Positions 24,901-37,687 of a stretch of 64,000 bases of DNA are shown piece by piece. Made by a program: the position numbers and the translations under genes. This DNA is from Veleropilina oligotropha (lineage: Eukaryota), in assembly GCA_048128005.1 (NCBI GenBank), contig JBEUKZ010000016.1:558001-622000 (forward strand), in the 5' to 3' direction. The notes beneath the pieces were generated by a model, which worked only from the letters and a program-made list of their open reading frames with translations, had not been told where the DNA came from and searched no databases. Within the stretch, counting starts at the first letter, position 1. Every line of letters starts with the position of its first letter.

Positions 24901-27821
24901 CAGAATACTGATTGTTAGGTCCTTGAATGGGTAGTGGTTTGTCCAAAACACCCGCATCATCTAGACTCTCACTAGTATCAGTGGATACTGCTAGTTCTGT
25001 ACCGAGAATTGGCGGCGTAGAAGTGGTCCATTTCTCTCCCTCTCCAAGGGCAATGAATGTTTTAGATGACAATTCCTGGAGAATGTCATCATCATCTATT
25101 TCGGTACCATCTTCTTCAAGGACAAGCTTATGCATTATAATGTTCAGCTTGACATTGACTGCAAAAGATGAGAATTCAATAATTACCACATAAATGTTGA
25201 ACATATATACACAAAATAACCTAGTTTTAAAAGCACTCCCTCTTCTTTATTATCATAAGATCGGACTTCAATTATAATTTCATTAACTATGCGCTGTGCA
25301 CAACTTCGACTTCATTTTCAATTATCTTACATATATTGGTGATATCTGCTTGCAAGCCAATTTATCATTCTGTTGTATTCATAAACATGGAGCGATGTTT
25401 GCATTAAATGATATAAAGAAGTAAAGTGTGTTTATTTCAGTATGCTCGAATAACTTTGCCCCTGAAGCTTTTAATAACCACGCCATTAGACAACTCTTAC
25501 ATTAATTTGTAAGTTCAAAGTACCCACATCACGACAGGGTAAGAAAATGGATTATTTATTAAACAAAAGCCATAAATATTGACCATTTTAAAAATGTGTC
25601 CTTTTATATGATAATATATAGTAAAGGGTGCTTGGTTAAGTTCTTGATGTATATATATCATGCGTAAATTGCAAATTTGCCCAATCCGAAGATTATGCAA
25701 GGTAATTGCCCCATTCTCGTTAATGGCGACTCATAGTCTGGGGGCATATGTGCCATATGGCAGAATGGTTGATATTTCAATATATGGTCATGTGGAGTTA
25801 TTTTTCTTTTGTGTCGGCCATACTGGATTTAAAAACTACCACTCACGATGGGAGCGAATTGAAAAAGGCACAATATCAAGCATTTGTGTGGAATCAATGA
25901 TTATCATGATAAAATCGCCAAACCTAGTTTACCGTCACCAGCTGACTATAGGTGGATGCTTTAAATTGTTGCTATATACTAGTACATGTACCAAAATAGC
26001 CAAAACTCTCCCCATAAGGCTTTTTTAACCATTGTTTTTCTGAAAACTGGAGCCCTCAGTTTGCCATTAAACTGGTGGCAGGTGCGGTGTCATGGAAACG
26101 CCATAACTGGAATGAATTGTTTCCAAGACAATGCTTTGTTGAAATAATAAATATATGTAAAAATTTCATATTTTAGCAACAAAACTACACAGAAACACAA
26201 TCTAAGTATACATATAAATTTGAAAATACCCAAGCGATTGAAATCATGATATGGGTCATTTAAGGTCACTGTTACTCCATTGGTGGTGAATGTATTAGTG
26301 TGCATGAGTGGGCAACCCCACCGACCCGACGCCCATGACTAGTGAAAATTCTCAAATTATGGATTCGGACTAGTATAATTATTTCTATATCGACATAACC
26401 CGATGGTCTATAGTGTGTTGTACTGGTAACAAAAATAATTAATACGTAATTACATTCCAGTTTACTACAGGTAAACCAAATTTCACTGTAAGGAGTTGTT
26501 ACTAAAATCACAGCACCAAATATTTTGTATACACTGCTTAATATAAACTAAATGTATTATGTCTGGCGAAAAAGTCATTTTTTCGATATCGTTTGTGTCA
26601 GGCGTGGCGACAGCACAAATTGACAAGTAATGTCGTATGCCAAAGTGTGCCATGAACACATCTTCCCTGTTATAAAATGCTAAAAGTGTACCCTGTCGAT
26701 TGTGGCGTCACTTTAATGATGTATATTATAAAGCGACGTCAAAATGATGTCATTGCAATTCAGGACATGTATACATTTAGCTTATTTTCTTTAGTTATTA
26801 CGCGTAAAGTGCCAATTATGAACATATTTTATGAAAAAATAGCATGAAGGTTATAAACACGACCTACAATACCGATTTTGGGGAAAATTGAGCCTATAGT
26901 TTTCAAAATAATCAACGAATATTTATATAATATAGGTCAATTCCACCGTAACTAACACAACATTCAGAGACGCTTCTGCGTGTGTATATCCTAACATATT
27001 ATAATTGAGTCATGAACAAGCAATGTTACATATTCATTTATGGCAGTATTTTAGTTTCAAAATATAATTTTAAATTAATTACTTTAAACGTATTTTATTG
27101 TGAAAGTACAATTTTTGGATGAGGCAAAAGTTGTAACAACTTACAAGGGCCTTCTCCATAATTAATGTCGTATAAAATTCAGCATTCATATACAGTGCGT
27201 AACTGACGAAATATAAAATGTTACCTCACATAATTATTGTATATATATATATATATGTATACGAACGGACCATTTGATGATGTCTTGTCCTTTTTTACAA
27301 AAAGGTCAAGACACAATAAAACAATAATAATAAAACCACATTATAAAATAGGAAAATCATTTTCCCAGATTTAAAACCCAAACATCTCTTGATGGAACAC
27401 TAGACCATACAGTTACTTTCACTGTACCCTTCACCGTTGCCAGTACGGTCTAATTTTGCAAATGCTCTTACTGAGATTTCAATGTGCGTATCAACTTCAT
27501 CGAAAGACAATACGTTCTGTTAAACAGTTTGCAAGGCTTGAATGGATTTCTACAAAATGCACCATTCAGTGACTGAGTGTTCTGTGTTTTGCAGGACGTG
27601 ATTATTTTTATTCTCATTGTTTTTACATTCAAAAATTATTTCTGAATCAACAAGCTTTGCCTAATTGTCATTTTCAAGCTTACAATAGATACATAAAAAG
27701 TGGTGCATTGTAAATGAAAAAACAATTTACCTTTTTCCTTCAACAGACTAAGACACAGCTCAGGCATCACAATGTACTTCTTGTGCACCCTCTGGACATC
27801 CCAGACTTTCAGCAAAGGCAT
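24901..27821 (-). CDS. CIDE-N domain partner gene of the EnSpm element, 5' exons only (27731-27821, 24901-25158)
   Basis: MPLLKVWDVQRVHKKYIVMPELCLSLLKEK|VNVKLNIIMHKLVLEEDGTEIDDDDILQEL...LGEGEKW joined by G|gtaaat and ttttgcag|; LVLEEDGT.IDD is the CIDE-N signature. Confidence 0.7.
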
Positions 27822-27948
27822 AATCTGCTAAATGTGTTAACTATTATTTAGTAACAACCCAGTAATGTTGTAGTTTGTACAGACTACATCACTCATCAGA
27901 TTCATGCATCAATTTGGTATGTGTATATATGCAAACAAGACTGATAAA

Positions 27949-30396
27949 TTACTGTAAATCCATAGAAATGTAAGCATATTTGTTGATCACACAAACTTTA
28001 TCATGCATAAAATGCATGTCTAGTGGAAATGTAATGAAAAGTTCATGATAATTCACAACACTAAACTCTTGCTCAAATTCCAGTTGGTAAGACAGCGTAT
28101 GGCTATCAAAGCTGATAATCCGTGTTTGTTGTGCGAGGAAGTACTTCTCTTGACCATTGATCAATATATTTACAACATAAATAAAATTTGGGATATGACT
28201 TTCATCATAGGACTTGATCAAAATGCAACCTTCTTGAAAATGGCATCCATGGACTTTCATTTGTTTTGTGATGAATATTGAATTCAAGTCAGGAAATCTT
28301 TGCTTTACACACTCAATATGTATCGGATTCATATTGTCAATAAATATTTCCTTTCCGTCTTTGACTTCATCCCCCGAATAAAGTAAATTTTCTGTAAATT
28401 CTCCTGCACTCGTAATCATTTGCATACATAACCATTTCTGATGAAATTTGGCCATGCTTAAAGGCAAGTTCTTGAAACACCTCCACTTTTTGTTTTTGAA
28501 GAAAGCATGTTTTCCTTCAAATCTCATGCACCATTGGTATCTTCCTGGACCAAATGTTTTAATTTGCTTGGGAAAGTGGCACATGAAATGCATTTTGGGA
28601 CGAATTCCAGCTTTTGGATATTCTATTATGAAACTGGTATGGTGACTTTCTATTAGATTTCTCAAGTCCTCAGTAGTTTCCATGGAAATACATGGATTGA
28701 TGGTCATTTGTGTTATCTGAACAAGTTTAAGAAAGGTATTCCTCTTCATGTTCTCTTTTGGAATTTTGGGTCCCAAAATCACTGGTAAAATGTTTATCAA
28801 AGTTAGCATTGCTGCTGCTGTTTGCTTGATATTTATATCAACAAAATAGTGTTTTCTTTGAATTGGTTCTGGTTTTGTGCTTTCTGCACGACGGGAATAA
28901 GGAAATGACAAAATCTGTGCATTCAACCATGGCAATGCAAAGTACTTCTCAATATCAATGCAATGAGTCAAAAGGAGAGCAAGTTCATATGGAACAACAC
29001 CCTCTAACAGTATATGCATAGGATCATGCACCAGACAGGTAATCATGTCAAAGTCAACAAGTTCAGAGAGACAACTTCTACCATTAATTCCCCATAGTTT
29101 GCTCCAATATGCTTTTGCTTCCTTTGATATGTCACTTTCAAGAACACTGCAACATTCTGTGTAATGAGCCATTGTTCTCAAAGTGTGAGATTCATCCCTG
29201 AACTGTCGACTTATGGCTTGGCTTGAGATTAAGCAAGTGCGACATTTCTTATAAGCAAATCCCACACCTTCTTTGAACCCACCAAGGTTGTTTGCTGCTG
29301 GTGTGTCTGCAGATATAATCACAACAGCACCTTCTACATTGTAATCTATCCCACTAACAGAAATTGGCAAGCCACCTGATGACATAGCAGTAACTGTTTG
29401 AATGAAGTTTTCTAACAGTTTTGCAAGGCCATGACGTTTTATGTATATAGATTTTGCTATAGCAACAAGAAATATTGTTTGTAACCTAGAACGGTATTCT
29501 GGTGGAATATTGGCAAATGTGGCATAGAAAAGAGTAATTTTGTGCTTTTTGACATGAGTGCCCAGGGGATTGACTATTTCCAATTCATCAGTGTAGAAAA
29601 CAATTTGCAAAGCATGTATATTTTTGGAAAACAAAGGATGTTTGCGAACATAGTCACCATCACATATGTCTCTCATGAATTGCCCTTTGCTTTTATGATC
29701 ATGTTCAATCCAGTACAAGAATTCTGGAAGGCAATGTAAACACTTGATAAGTTCATCAAAAGGCACTATATAACCAAAATCCTTAACCCTACTTGCATGA
29801 CCCCTCGAGCTCTTCAAATGGTGACCTAACAAAACTGATTGTGGCAAAATCATCTTGAATTCGGATTCATAAAAACTGACACGTTTATGTTCGGTAAGAA
29901 GATGATCAAGTGAGCTTTCAATTACAGTATTGCACAAAATATCATCAATGTCCTGACAACCTCTATTTTGTATTTGATCTTGTACCTTTTTTTTATACAA
30001 ATTTATATGCTGTCTAATTAATTCAGCCGTGTTTTCAGCTACAGAGCTTATGGCAGTCTGTGACAGCGCATGATTTGTTTCTTGAGACAGTAGGTATGCT
30101 GCACATAATCGACTTGGTTCAGGTAAAATATTTTCTTCAGTGTCGCTTCGGCTATCATCATTGTTTTGCTCGAGGATGTCATTTGCCAAATCTTCCAAAC
30201 AAACAGATCTGTGTTTTTTGCTAATATGACATTTGTAGCTATTCCAGCGTTTTGTACTAAAAGCACATTTTCCAACCTGACAAAATACTATAAAACGTGG
30301 ATCATTTTTGTGAACTCTAACTATATGACTGCAGAAATCACTATGCTGCTTGGTGACATACACGCACATCGTACATTTATATTCCATTTTGTTCAA
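27949..30396 (-). CDS. EnSpm/CACTA (CMC)-type transposase with N-terminal C2H2 zinc fingers, intact 815 aa
   Basis: CxxC...H...H fingers; DICDG, YTDELE..NPLG..KKHK, ADTPA, CRTC, HDPMHILLEGV, KMHFMCH, WCMRFEGKH motifs. Confidence 0.85.
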   Translation of the reverse strand: MNKMEYKCTMCVYVTKQHSDFCSHIVRVHKNDPRFIVFCQVGKCAFSTKRWNSYKCHISKKHRSVCLEDLANDILEQNNDDSRSDTEENILPEPSRLCAAYLLSQETNHALSQTAISSVAENTAELIRQHINLYKKKVQDQIQNRGCQDIDDILCNTVIESSLDHLLTEHKRVSFYESEFKMILPQSVLLGHHLKSSRGHASRVKDFGYIVPFDELIKCLHCLPEFLYWIEHDHKSKGQFMRDICDGDYVRKHPLFSKNIHALQIVFYTDELEIVNPLGTHVKKHKITLFYATFANIPPEYRSRLQTIFLVAIAKSIYIKRHGLAKLLENFIQTVTAMSSGGLPISVSGIDYNVEGAVVIISADTPAANNLGGFKEGVGFAYKKCRTCLISSQAISRQFRDESHTLRTMAHYTECCSVLESDISKEAKAYWSKLWGINGRSCLSELVDFDMITCLVHDPMHILLEGVVPYELALLLTHCIDIEKYFALPWLNAQILSFPYSRRAESTKPEPIQRKHYFVDINIKQTAAAMLTLINILPVILGPKIPKENMKRNTFLKLVQITQMTINPCISMETTEDLRNLIESHHTSFIIEYPKAGIRPKMHFMCHFPKQIKTFGPGRYQWCMRFEGKHAFFKNKKWRCFKNLPLSMAKFHQKWLCMQMITSAGEFTENLLYSGDEVKDGKEIFIDNMNPIHIECVKQRFPDLNSIFITKQMKVHGCHFQEGCILIKSYDESHIPNFIYVVNILINGQEKYFLAQQTRIISFDSHTLSYQLEFEQEFSVVNYHELFITFPLDMHFMHDKVCVINKYAYISMDLQ

Positions 30397-31262
30397 TTAT
30401 CTTTTTGATAAAGTGGTGACAAAATTTTGTTGTTCTGTCTTGTTTGCATAGAACACATACCATTAGCACCACCAGCAACATAAGGACCATATCCATGTTT
30501 TGGAAATATACATTTTATAGTACGGATTATAGACATTCTTTATTTAACTGGTGGTACTATAACTGAAAAATATTATAAAGTTTAATTAAGTTATAAATAC
30601 AAAAAGCAGCATATGCCTTGCTGTCGATAGTCTGGTTGCCACAGTATAAATATGTAACCTGCAATCAGGAAAACAAAAACTTAGTCAATACTAGTATTGA
30701 TTACACAGATGCACATGGGTAAATCATGAATTAAAATCAATTACTCCTGTTAAATGCAATACCTTTTGGATAACAATAATAATACCTACCACAGCATATC
30801 AGTACAGAGAATAGTGTGTGATGAATCATGATGTTGCGAAAATCAGAAGTGGTACTTTATGCAATCATTGCCTGGAAATATCCAATCCTATCACATTTTT
30901 CTAGAGGTTGAGGCAGAATAGATTATCTAATTTATCCTGATTACCACTTCGACCATATGAATTTCACTTACTCATTTGGTCAATCTTGTAATCTGTATTC
31001 TTATCACGAAATAGCTACTGTGGCCTGTGTTTTAAAAATTCATTATGCAATTCTAACTTGCGAACTTTGGATTCTGTCCATAATATTACAAATCTATAAA
31101 TTTAAATTCCTCACCTGCCTTGCATAAATCTCAGTTATAATGACTATAGGCTGATTAAAATGATCCAAAGATACAGACATCACACTAAAGAAATTTAAAA
31201 TTATCGTCCTTTAGTACAGACTGGAATCATATTGCTGTACTTCATGCCATATTAAGGAATGT

Positions 31263-31485
31263 TGGTTGGCAACATTGTTTTACGACCACTTTTAGCAATT
31301 TTTCAGGTGTATCGTAGTCGGGACACCCGGTTTAAGGTCTGACTCCGATCTGACCGACATACATTAGGGATATGCCTTCTATTATTTTAAGCGGTAGAAT
31401 GGATCGCCGCTGGTCTCGAACCCGGGACAAACTAACAGCTTCGGTTGAGAGTCTAACGCGCTAACCACTCACCCACCGATGCCGC
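31263..31485 (-). mobile_element. tRNA-derived SINE with 13-bp TSD
   Basis: Minus strand A-box TGAGTGGTTAG and B-box GGTTCGAGACC, ccaa tail; TSD tattaaggaatgt at 31250-31262 and 31486-31498. Confidence 0.85.
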
Positions 31486-31500
31486 TATTAAGGAATGTCA

Positions 31501-32285
31501 GACGATTCGCCCCCAATTAATTTGCACCTAGATTTCGACAATTCGCCCCCATAAACATTTTATACGATGACAATTTGCACCCAAATCCAAATTCACATGC
31601 AATCAAATGCAAATTCGCTCCCAATCAAATACAAATTCGCTCCCAGCCAAATGCAATATATATATATATATATATATATATACCTATATATACCTATATA
31701 AAGTATAAGTTTTTTTCTTAATTATTGGACAATATTTATTATTATTCAAGCTGTCGTTGTAATGTTCATGAATCAGAAAAAGCGTGAATATAGCATTTAC
31801 AAATAATTTCATTAACATCATATTCAATCTGTTTTATATAATTTCGGAATTATTAATCATTTTATCACTATATTTTTACTTTCATTTTCACTGCAATAAT
31901 ATAGGTCTACAGTAATAATCATATTATGCATTATATAACACTTTATATAATAGGATTACACCGGTGGTGAATGATGTTCATAAATTGTGAACTAAGAAAA
32001 AATATAGATCTTTTGAAATACCGACTCCCGACTCTTTAAATGTGGAACCTCTCACAAACATTCGTCAGTTGAATGTTGAACTTGTGCAATGTATATGTTA
32101 ATAAATATTTGGTAGTATAGTTATTAGTATATAGTAGAAAATGTGTATATTATATATTATTATGTATGTTATTAGTATATATATATATATATATACTAGT
32201 ATATGGGGGCGAATTTGTATGAACATGAGTGCGAATTGAGTGGGGGTGAATTGGCTGTGCGAATTTGTTTGGGGGCGAATCGTCG
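31501..32285. mobile_element. MITE with subterminal aattcgcccc repeats
   Basis: gacgattcgccccca ... tgggggcgaatcgtc inverted ends and repeated aattcgc(c/t)ccc motifs at both ends. Confidence 0.7.
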
Positions 32286-33525
32286 TGATACCATATTAAG
32301 ACAGGGACCAACCAATCATTGCACCAATGTACGATACTTTTAATAAACACTACAATTTATAAATTTTATAAGGATACTAGTGCTAGGGGGTTAGCTTATA
32401 TTATACTATTAATTTTAAACTATTTTGTATGGAATTCTATAGACGACAGCACACTTTACTGCATACTGCGTACGGTCTACTGTCAAGTATTAACAGCGCA
32501 TGCGTAACACGCAAGTATATCCTCTCGTCTGCTATATTTTGCGCTTATTTTCATTGCATAATTCCATAGATTCATATTCAGAAATAATTACTTCCCACAA
32601 AGAAACAAAATAAACTTAACACCTCTTTAATTTAGAAACTACAAATACTCTTTAATGTAAGAACATTCTGATCTCGTTCTTATCCAACAAAACATTTTAA
32701 TGTTTGCATTAGCCCTACATAAGGTAGATTAGGGAGTTTTCGAAAATGTTCCGTGAACGTGTACCTGTAACGTGAAAGAGGTAATTCGCTGGGTATCCAT
32801 TGACAACCAATTACGCGTACAGGTTCACGTTTTACTCGATTTCGGTTTTCGCAGATCGACCTGAGGTATCGCCTCAGCAGCAGGGGGGGTGACCATACCT
32901 TTTATGTGGGGGCGCGGCGAGGGAAATTAAGGCTCCCAGCACCTTTTCAGAATTAATATGGATCTCAACCCAGCAGCAGGGGGGGGGTGAGTGTACTTTT
33001 TAGAATGGGAAAATACGGCTCCCAGCACTATTTCAGAACTCAGGGTAGCTCGGACTAGTCAGCAGGGGAGTTTAGACTAGGGCCCCGGGGCCCACTGTGG
33101 GGGCTCCCAGCACCCTTTCAGACCCCGGGGTAGGGATTGTATTACAAAAAAGTCACCGTGTGTACAGAGCATAGAGCCCCCAGGGACGGCCCACTACCCT
33201 CGCCGGCCCGGGCTCCTCAGTTATGCGAGCAGCAGCAGGGGGGGTGAGTTTGATTTCGTGCAACTCCCTTTCTACCGTCTTTGGTCTTCTTCTTATATAT
33301 CGCTTGTTCACCATTGTCGAGTGCAACGATCAAAACGTTATAGCCCCGGTTTAAGAGGTTTTTAACGCGCCTGAAGCTCCGTTCGCTGTACAGCGTAGGA
33401 ATGTCTTCCTGTGGCATGTTGCTTTCAAGTATAACTACACAACGTCTAACATGCCGGTTATTTCTCGCCGTGCACCGGGCTCGATATCTTAGTGTCATAA
33501 TCTCTATTAGAGACTGGTATATGCG

Positions 33526-33831
33526 ATGATAACCGCTATCAATATGTGGGGCACTGATACCTGTCAATGGCTCACCATCAGCTCCACGGAGTTTTGTGGT
33601 AAGAGATGTCTGAGCGAGTATTGCAAAGTCCACCTGGCTCGGCAACGGCGAAATGGCCGGGGCACAAAACCCTGCATCAAATGCGGCAAAGGCGTTTTCA
33701 ACCGGTTTACGCTGTGTCAGGGCTGTGGGTATCACCATGAGAACGTTAAGGACTGTCAACGAAAGAGCAGGGCCTTCGAGAGAGAGTTTCTCCGCATGGC
33801 TGCAATATACCTCACCCAAATTTCCTATTAG
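33526..33831 (+). CDS. Small zinc-finger protein (CCCH-like plus C4)
   Basis: CQW..FCGKRC...YCKVH and CIKC...CQGC; directly upstream of and co-oriented with the polymerase. Confidence 0.6.
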   Translation: MITAINMWGTDTCQWLTISSTEFCGKRCLSEYCKVHLARQRRNGRGTKPCIKCGKGVFNRFTLCQGCGYHHENVKDCQRKSRAFEREFLRMAAIYLTQISY

Positions 33832-33869
33832 AGAGGCGCTGTCCATAGTGTATACCCACCCAGCACAGG

Positions 33870-36800
33870 ATGGATGAACTACGCAATTTAGCGAAAGATT
33901 ATGGGATTCCCGCTCGGTCGAAGCTCAAGAAGAACGACCTCATCCGGGCAATCGCCAGGGTCCGTGCTGCGGAGTTTCGGAGCAGACTCGAGCGGGCGAT
34001 GAAAACGGGAAGGTTCCCCTCCATACGTGGAGATGTGGAGAACCCCCACAAAAGAGGCCGACGTGCTCGCGAGTTGCGGCAGATTAAGGACGAGGTCGAC
34101 GCCGCCCTGCAGGCTCGTAAATACGAATCCCAGGCTGAGAAAAATCCCACGATTCGACTGAAGCCACTTCGCGCCATCACGGATCGAATCGTCAAGCGGT
34201 CTCGGAAAGAGACCCTTGCCCATGCTATTGCTCGGAAGGGGCCCGATATTCTCATCTCCAAAATGCCCCGGACAGCCCAGGACTATCAGAAGGATCTTCT
34301 AGGGCAATTTACCACACCCGAGGGACAACGATTCATCGACCTGGATGACCAGGTCCCTCCCCCAGTAAGGCTCCCAGCAAAAGAGCCTTGGGTGGAACTC
34401 TTGAGCGACGCCAAAGACGAGTTTGAGGTCGATGGCGCCGCGGCGGCTTTCTCCACATGGAGGGTAGAAGTGGACATTAAGATCGCACCGGCCCTGGATG
34501 CCCGTATGACAGATGCAAGGGCGGCACAGCTCCTCACAGCCCTTCCAAAGGGCGAGTATGTCCTTAGAATAAAGTTCTTGCGTGAGTGGAGTGAGGGCGA
34601 CTGGGTGGTCGAAGACAAGTTTGACCCGGTGAAAGCTGCGAGGAAGAAGGGCCAGGGTGTCTTTGAGATATCCCATGACACTAAGCCGGGTGCTATCACT
34701 GGGGTCGACAAAGTATATTACGAGAACGCCTACCCGGTCACTGCAGTCGTCTACGGCGTCTATCCTCTCAGAGAACCAAACCCCGCCAATCTGGTTCCGA
34801 TGAAGAACGGCGACCTCAACTGCGTTGCCCAAAGAGTGGTTGAGCACTTCGAAGGTGCCCTTCGAGGACACGGACTCACCCCGACAAGACGGCAGAAAAT
34901 ACTGGAGTGGGAAGAGCGAGTTCATGTAACAGGCGCCACTGTGGATGATATATCCATCCTCGAGAGGATACTGAAGCGGGCGATTGTCTTGAGAGATATT
35001 GCCGGCGAGGACGTCTTCAACAGTGGAAAATACCAGGCCAGTATGTTGAAGTCCATAGAACTCATCTGCCACAACGGCCACGCATGGTCCAAAGAGCTGC
35101 ACTTTCCGCAGTCCCGTGAGGTCCACCTGTATGAGGGCGATGTCTGGGAAGCTATCCGACAAGCCACACAGAATGACCCATTGGCTGTCTGGCTCCTAGG
35201 CGGTACAGACCGACAGCTCAACATGAACCAGTTCGTGCTGCAAGATGGTAGCACGTACAGGACGAAAGATGATCACGAGAGACTCCAAGAAGCCTGTACA
35301 GCGCTGGGAAACAAGTCCCTAGCCGATCGAGCATTATGGCCAAGGAGACCAACGGCTGGAAACCTACCCCAGCGGGCCTGCTCGATGATATCCAGAATGC
35401 CTGTGTAGAGCATGGCCACGGCGGTCTCTGGAATTCCATGAATTACGACACGGGCGATGTCTGCTGCATCGACATGAAAGCCTGCTACCCTGCCAGCTTT
35501 CTGGGGCAGGGCGAGGCTAAGCCCTATTTCGAAAGATTCGGACACCCACTCCACAGCATGACCCGGGTCGCAATTAACGGTCCTCTTCCCCAAGAAATCG
35601 GCACCGGGTTTGCCGAGGTCGTGGAATGGGAGTTCGCACAAGACATCCACCCCGTCATTCCCGCCTGGTTCGGAAAGCACTTTGCAGAGAATGGATGGGC
35701 ACCCACCCCGCTGCTCGCCTTCCTCGTAGAGTCTGGCCTGCTAAAAAGCCTCAAGATCCGAGCAGCCATCATCGCGTTCAAAAACCAGACCGATGTCTGG
35801 CTTCCTCTGGATCGTGACCAGGGCTGCAGTATTATTGGCAAATTCACCCAAGGCGCCAAAGCTGATGGCAAAAGATTGACTCGTAGACTGGTGACCGACC
35901 AGGGGGAGCTCGACTTCCTCGTAAGAGACACCCGCCAAAGCGGCACCCTGGTTGGCGCTCCTCAGAGATGCCCCCTCGGTCACATCCTCACGTACTATGA
36001 TGGCTCCCAGCCTCAGTACGCCCACCTGAGGGCATCCATGTTGGCCTATTCCCACATAAACCTCTTGAGCATGCTGAAGCGTTTCAGTGCAGCAGAAGCC
36101 GTCCGGGTAGCCACTGACAGCATCTACCTCAAGAAGGCCTCGTTGGAGAAGCTCGACGATGTCACGGTGTACGTTGCCCCCAAACTCTGCGACTGTCGCA
36201 GCCAATCGTGCATCTCATGTCTGATCGCGGAGCCGTACCTTCCGCCAGTAGCACCAGCCCAGTGGCGTGACAAGGGCGAACAGCTGTACCTGCCACAGGA
36301 ACATGCCGCATACCTGCCCAAGCCAGAGTATTGTTGTGCCGCAAAGGACCTCCCGCCAAGCACCGCGCCATGCTACAATGACACGCTGACCCACCATCGC
36401 CTGAGTTACCTCAACGGTGGAGGGGGCTGTGGCAAGACTACGAGAGCGATCGAGCTCTTCCGGGCAAGGAATCCCATTGTATTCACGCCAACCCACCGCC
36501 TCGCTAAAGAAATGCGAACCAGAGGCGTCAAAGCCCAGACCTACCACAGCTTCTTCCGATGGAGCGGCCAGAACGACTGGACACCTGATCGCATGGGTCA
36601 GAAGTTCATCCCGCGCGTCATTATCTGGGACGAGGTCTGTACTGTTCCCCGGCACATCCTCGAGATGTTCTTGGACTGGCTGGGCCAGCACGAAGTGCAG
36701 GTTATCTGCTGTGGCGATCAAGGCCAGCCACCACCGATTACGGGCGAGATGCCGCACGATTGGCTGCGAAGGACCGCGGACTACTATGAGGAGATCGAAG

Positions 36801-37687
36801 TAGACTACAGGGCGAAAGACGACCCTGCCCTCCAAGCCCTGAAAAGACGTATATGTCTCCAGCCCGACAAAGTCCAGTGCGACGAGATGCGACGGACCCT
36901 CCCCAGCTGCCTTGGATGGGATCGGTTCGTCAACACCTGGAAGCCACGCGACCTAATCCTCACCAGCCGTCAGAAGGTCCACGAACGGGCTCAACAGCTG
37001 TTGCTCCAGAGGCACAAGGAGAACTTCCCAGACTCCCCGGTTCCTATCCTGTACCACCCCAGGGACACCCGTAAGCAAAACATCATGGTAACGATTCCGG
37101 GCACCAGCGACAGAGAGGAGCTAGTTCTGAACGACGTCGTCGAGGTCACCATTGACGCCGCTGAGAGGGCTATCCTGACCCCGGATTGGCGCCTGGGCTA
37201 TGCTCTCACCATCCATTCGAGCCAGGGTCTTACGATTCACGACCCGCAGAGGGTCTGGATCATCGATGACTACCTTCAGTGGAGTAATCTCGCCTACCTA
37301 GCCGTGTCCCGGGTGGAGCTGCTGCATCAGCTCGAACGGGTAACCTGTCCTCCGGATGAGGGTGCTGAGGACAGGCCCCCGCCGCAGAGCAAGCAGCAGG
37401 TTCGAAAGACCATCCAGAAAAAGCTTGTGGCATACAAACGCCAGGACCAGGCCAAGGGACTCCAGGGATTTAACCTCAAGGTCGATGACATCCTGCAGCT
37501 CAAAGAAGCCCAAAACAACCGATGCGCAGCATGCAACATAGAGCTGCTCTGGGCCTACCAGCCCAAAGACACACAGCAGTTAAGTGTCGACCGTGTGGAC
37601 AACAGCAGGGGCCACACCCGCGACAACGTGCGCTTAACGTGTCTGGAATGTAACCGAAAACGAGGAATTGCGGTTGTTAACGCCTGA
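33870..37687 (+). pseudogene. pPolB-like polymerase - SF1 helicase - HNH fusion (~1270 aa), split by one frameshift near 35333
   Basis: N-terminal LRNLAKDYGI...LKKNDLIRAI (Rho-N/HeH-like); PolB motifs IDMKACYP, IIGKF, ATDSIY; SF1 motifs GGGGCGKT, TPTH, WDE, GDQGQ, YR, GYALTIHSSQGLT, YLAVSR; C-terminal CAAC..SVDRVDNSRGH...N...CLECN. Confidence 0.85.

Noticed and set aside
31400..31485. tRNA gene
   Set aside because: A and B boxes are present but it continues into a SINE body with a tail and 13-bp TSD; no clean acceptor stem
33217..33846. 209-aa minus-strand ORF at the virus left end
   Set aside because: Antisense to the more convincing zinc-finger ORF and runs into TIR-like sequence; no motifs
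35325..35345. Programmed ribosomal frameshift in the polymerase
   Set aside because: No slippery heptamer seen; more likely a small deletion or sequencing error
33888..37539. Many minus-strand ORFs over the polymerase-helicase gene, and similar shadows across both proviruses
   Set aside because: Antisense shadows of GC-rich coding sequence
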